Assembly (NCBI GenBank): GCA_002633005.1
Contig: NMRA01000501.1
Span: 1-64,000 of the forward strand
Origin: Phoronis australis
Lineage: Eukaryota > Animalia > Phoronida
Length of the DNA stretch: 64,000 nucleotides
Reading direction: 5' to 3'
Numbering within the stretch: the stretch's first letter is position 1; the number at the start of each line of letters is the position of its first letter. Shown here piece by piece: positions 61,433-64,000 of the stretch. The translations under genes and the position numbers were made by a program. The notes below the pieces were generated by a model that saw nothing but the letters and a program-made list of their open reading frames with translations, made no database searches and was not told the DNA's origin.

Positions 61433-64000
61433 ATAGACCTGGTTTAGCATTAGGAGGAGAATGCCATCAATGTTTGATTGCCGGTTATCATTTTCGAGTT
61501 GTTTGAGATTTTCTGTGCACCATTCTGCTATTGATTCATTTCCATTTCCGCTTGAGTGACCCCCACCATACAGGCCTTTGTTCATTTATCAAATTCTTCA
61601 CCAACGTTTGATAGTGGTTGGTGGTGTTGATTATGGTAACAATGATGATGGTGGTGATGATGGTAACGATGCTGCTGGTGATGATGGTATGTTGGTATAA
61701 TTGCCGTCATCATCCTTGAAGTTGTTGGAAGCGAGAGACATGATTCACTTCAGTGACATTGTCGTTGGCATCACCAGTTTCGGCAGTGGTTTCATAGTCA
61801 ACCACATCGTGATTATATTTGTGTTTGTGATCACATGGTCAGTGAAATGCATTGCTGGCAGCGGTGGTGCCATCACCTTAGTCAATATTGTCGTTGATGT
61901 TTTTGGCATGATTGTTGTTGTTGCTGTTGACAATAATGCTGATATTGCATTTTTTTACTTTGTCATTGGTGCCACGCGCATTACTGTCTTCAGTGGTTTG
62001 GTCTTTGTTGTCATCTTTTCTTGTTCAGCAAATTTTTCGAGTGTCAGTCCTCGGAGCGCATTCATTCAAGTGAGTACTTCTGTCTGATCCTATGTGTTTT
62101 CAAATGTATTGGGATCTAATCTCATGCTCAATTAACGATAAATAGATCAATCAATTAATCAAATCTCTGCAAGTATTAGCAAGCGTATTCATCTGAATAT
62201 TTCAGTTTTACGCTGAGATGAGAAGACGAGTAGAAAAAATGGCTAAGTGTCACCAGACACAGAACAACAGCATAGAATTGGAAATCAAAATATCAAACAC
62301 ACACAACATGACCAAGGAACCACCAGGAAACTCTGCAATTTACCATATCTCAATCCTAACACCACATTGATCTCCTTTAACCATTAAATGGGTGGGAGAA
62401 ACTTCGTTAATACCACCGCTATAATTAGTTTCAAATTAATTAAAATAATCAAATTAATTAGACAAGAATGATTGGCAGGCCAGATGGTTTCAAAAGGAAA
62501 TTCCAGCCAGCCTTCATAAAATCAATGCTCCCATGTAATTAGAATGGCTGCAAGACAGTTGGATTCGTAGTAGATTTTAGGCTTAAACCTCTATCTCTGG
62601 TACGTACAGATAAAGCAAATTAAAGCCGACACATCTTATTAAATTTGAGAATATGTAGAATATATAAATCATAACCATGTTTAAGAATGACTCAATGTTT
62701 TCAGCTAGCGACTTCAATGAATTAGGATCAGAAATAAGCAACAGGATCAAGTTTGTTTAACAAAATAGTGACAAAGCATTGGTGTCTTGTTTGTATTTTA
62801 TCTCAACAGTGGGACAGTGCACAATTATCTCTTTTTTAACAAATGTACAAAAGGTGTACAATAAGTACAGGCTTCATAGGCTTCTCGTTTTCTTAAGGGT
62901 ACATGCTTGTAGGAACCTAGAAAAATGTCCCATTTTGGCCACTCTCAGAACATGGCATCTCAAAAATGGCTGATCCTATTCATGTGAAACTTTCAGACAC
63001 TATGCTTTACGCGCTGTTTTCCACATGGCTGTTAGGAATCGTTTTTAGAATCTTTTGCTTGAGGGGTTATCAAAAATAGAATACGTTTTTACGGAAAATT
63101 AAAGTTGCACAGCATGAAAACGAAAGAATAATTTAGAAAAAACTGTAACAGCATTTTTGAGATTTTTATCTTGAACATTTATATCGTACGAAATTTGGAA
63201 ATGTTATTGTTGTGTTGTTTTGCTATAAATGTTTGTTTCTTTTTTGCAAAATTTTCCTAAAAAACTTGGTCATGTGGCCTAATTAGTGGCAAAAATCAAA
63301 TTCTTTGAATTTTCTGCTTTCAGAAGATATAGATGTTTGTTGAGTTTAATTCTATAGTTTTGTAGATATTTGGCAAACGTCCTACAAAATTAGCTCACAG
63401 GACCTATGTAACCTTCAACTGCATAGATCAGTTCTTACAAAAATGGATGATCTCATCAAAGAATCATGACAATATCAAAGTTGTATGTTATTTCATTACA
63501 ATTTCAAAGATGCATCAAAAGCATCAAATAAAGGGTCGGACTGAATCTTTGTACACCGCCATTTTGCGAAAAATCAAACGTGAAAGCTAAGAGTCGTTGA
63601 AAAGTTCTTGTGACCATCTCATGAAAATTGCAGCTCCAAAAATGAACAAAACTCAGCATAGTAAAGTAGAATCTCCCCAAACTTGAACAAACTTAAATAC
63701 CCAAAATGCTCTTTTTGATGTTTCAAAGGCTTTGAACACTGTTGCGTGTTGCGTATGTCCATAAATTTTCAAAATATTATCTGGAGGCACCGTTGATACA
63801 GATGGAAAAACATCGATTTGTTGCTTCATTGTTTACATTATTTTACCTCGCTTCTAAAATTTTTGCTTTGAAAGGTCCTTGCAGGGCATAAAGGGACGTT
63901 ATCAATTTGATGGCCAATAACACAGTTCATTGATTATTGTTGGAGAGGATAGTATATACATGTTATTAGCTTTGACCAAAACTACATCACTACAAAATCT

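Noticed and set aside
61600-62087. 128-aa hydrophobic ORF and opposite-strand Thr-rich ORF
   Set aside because: Degenerate trinucleotide low-complexity sequence (GAT/GGT/GTT) with no domain or splice support.
53233-64000. Upstream Pbx exons (KHALNCHRMKPALF...KEKT and the N-terminal exon)
   Set aside because: Not found by eye on the minus strand; presumably beyond the window end.

Overview
Eukaryotic (animal) genomic DNA from a gapped draft assembly, AT-rich, with three N-gaps and several single-N joins. The only host gene I can support is a minus-strand PBX/extradenticle (TALE-class, PBC-domain homeobox) gene. Its coding exons are traceable from 53232 down to a probable stop at 35567; the first coding exons lie beyond 64000 or were not found. 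Its exon sizes and C-terminal motifs ([22 protein letters not shown]) resemble vertebrate PBX1, suggesting an invertebrate deuterostome (inference; species not determinable). The most striking observation is that the exon for homeodomain helix 3 plus the C-terminal extension is present twice in tandem (40805-40691 and 40639-40531). The two copies are 51 nt apart, in the same phase, with 12 synonymous versus 2 replacement codon differences in 29 aligned codons, which fits ancient mutually exclusive exons. The left ~30 kb has no recognisable host gene and is rich in transposon remnants: TTAA-flanked Kolobok-like elements with convergent THAP and acidic/FEP ORF remnants, a nested foldback element, 5-bp-TSD MITEs, a hAT-like fragment, and a Penelope-like insertion carrying a minimal hammerhead ribozyme. 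Two near-identical tandem duplications joined by single Ns are probably assembly artefacts. All coordinates were read by eye.
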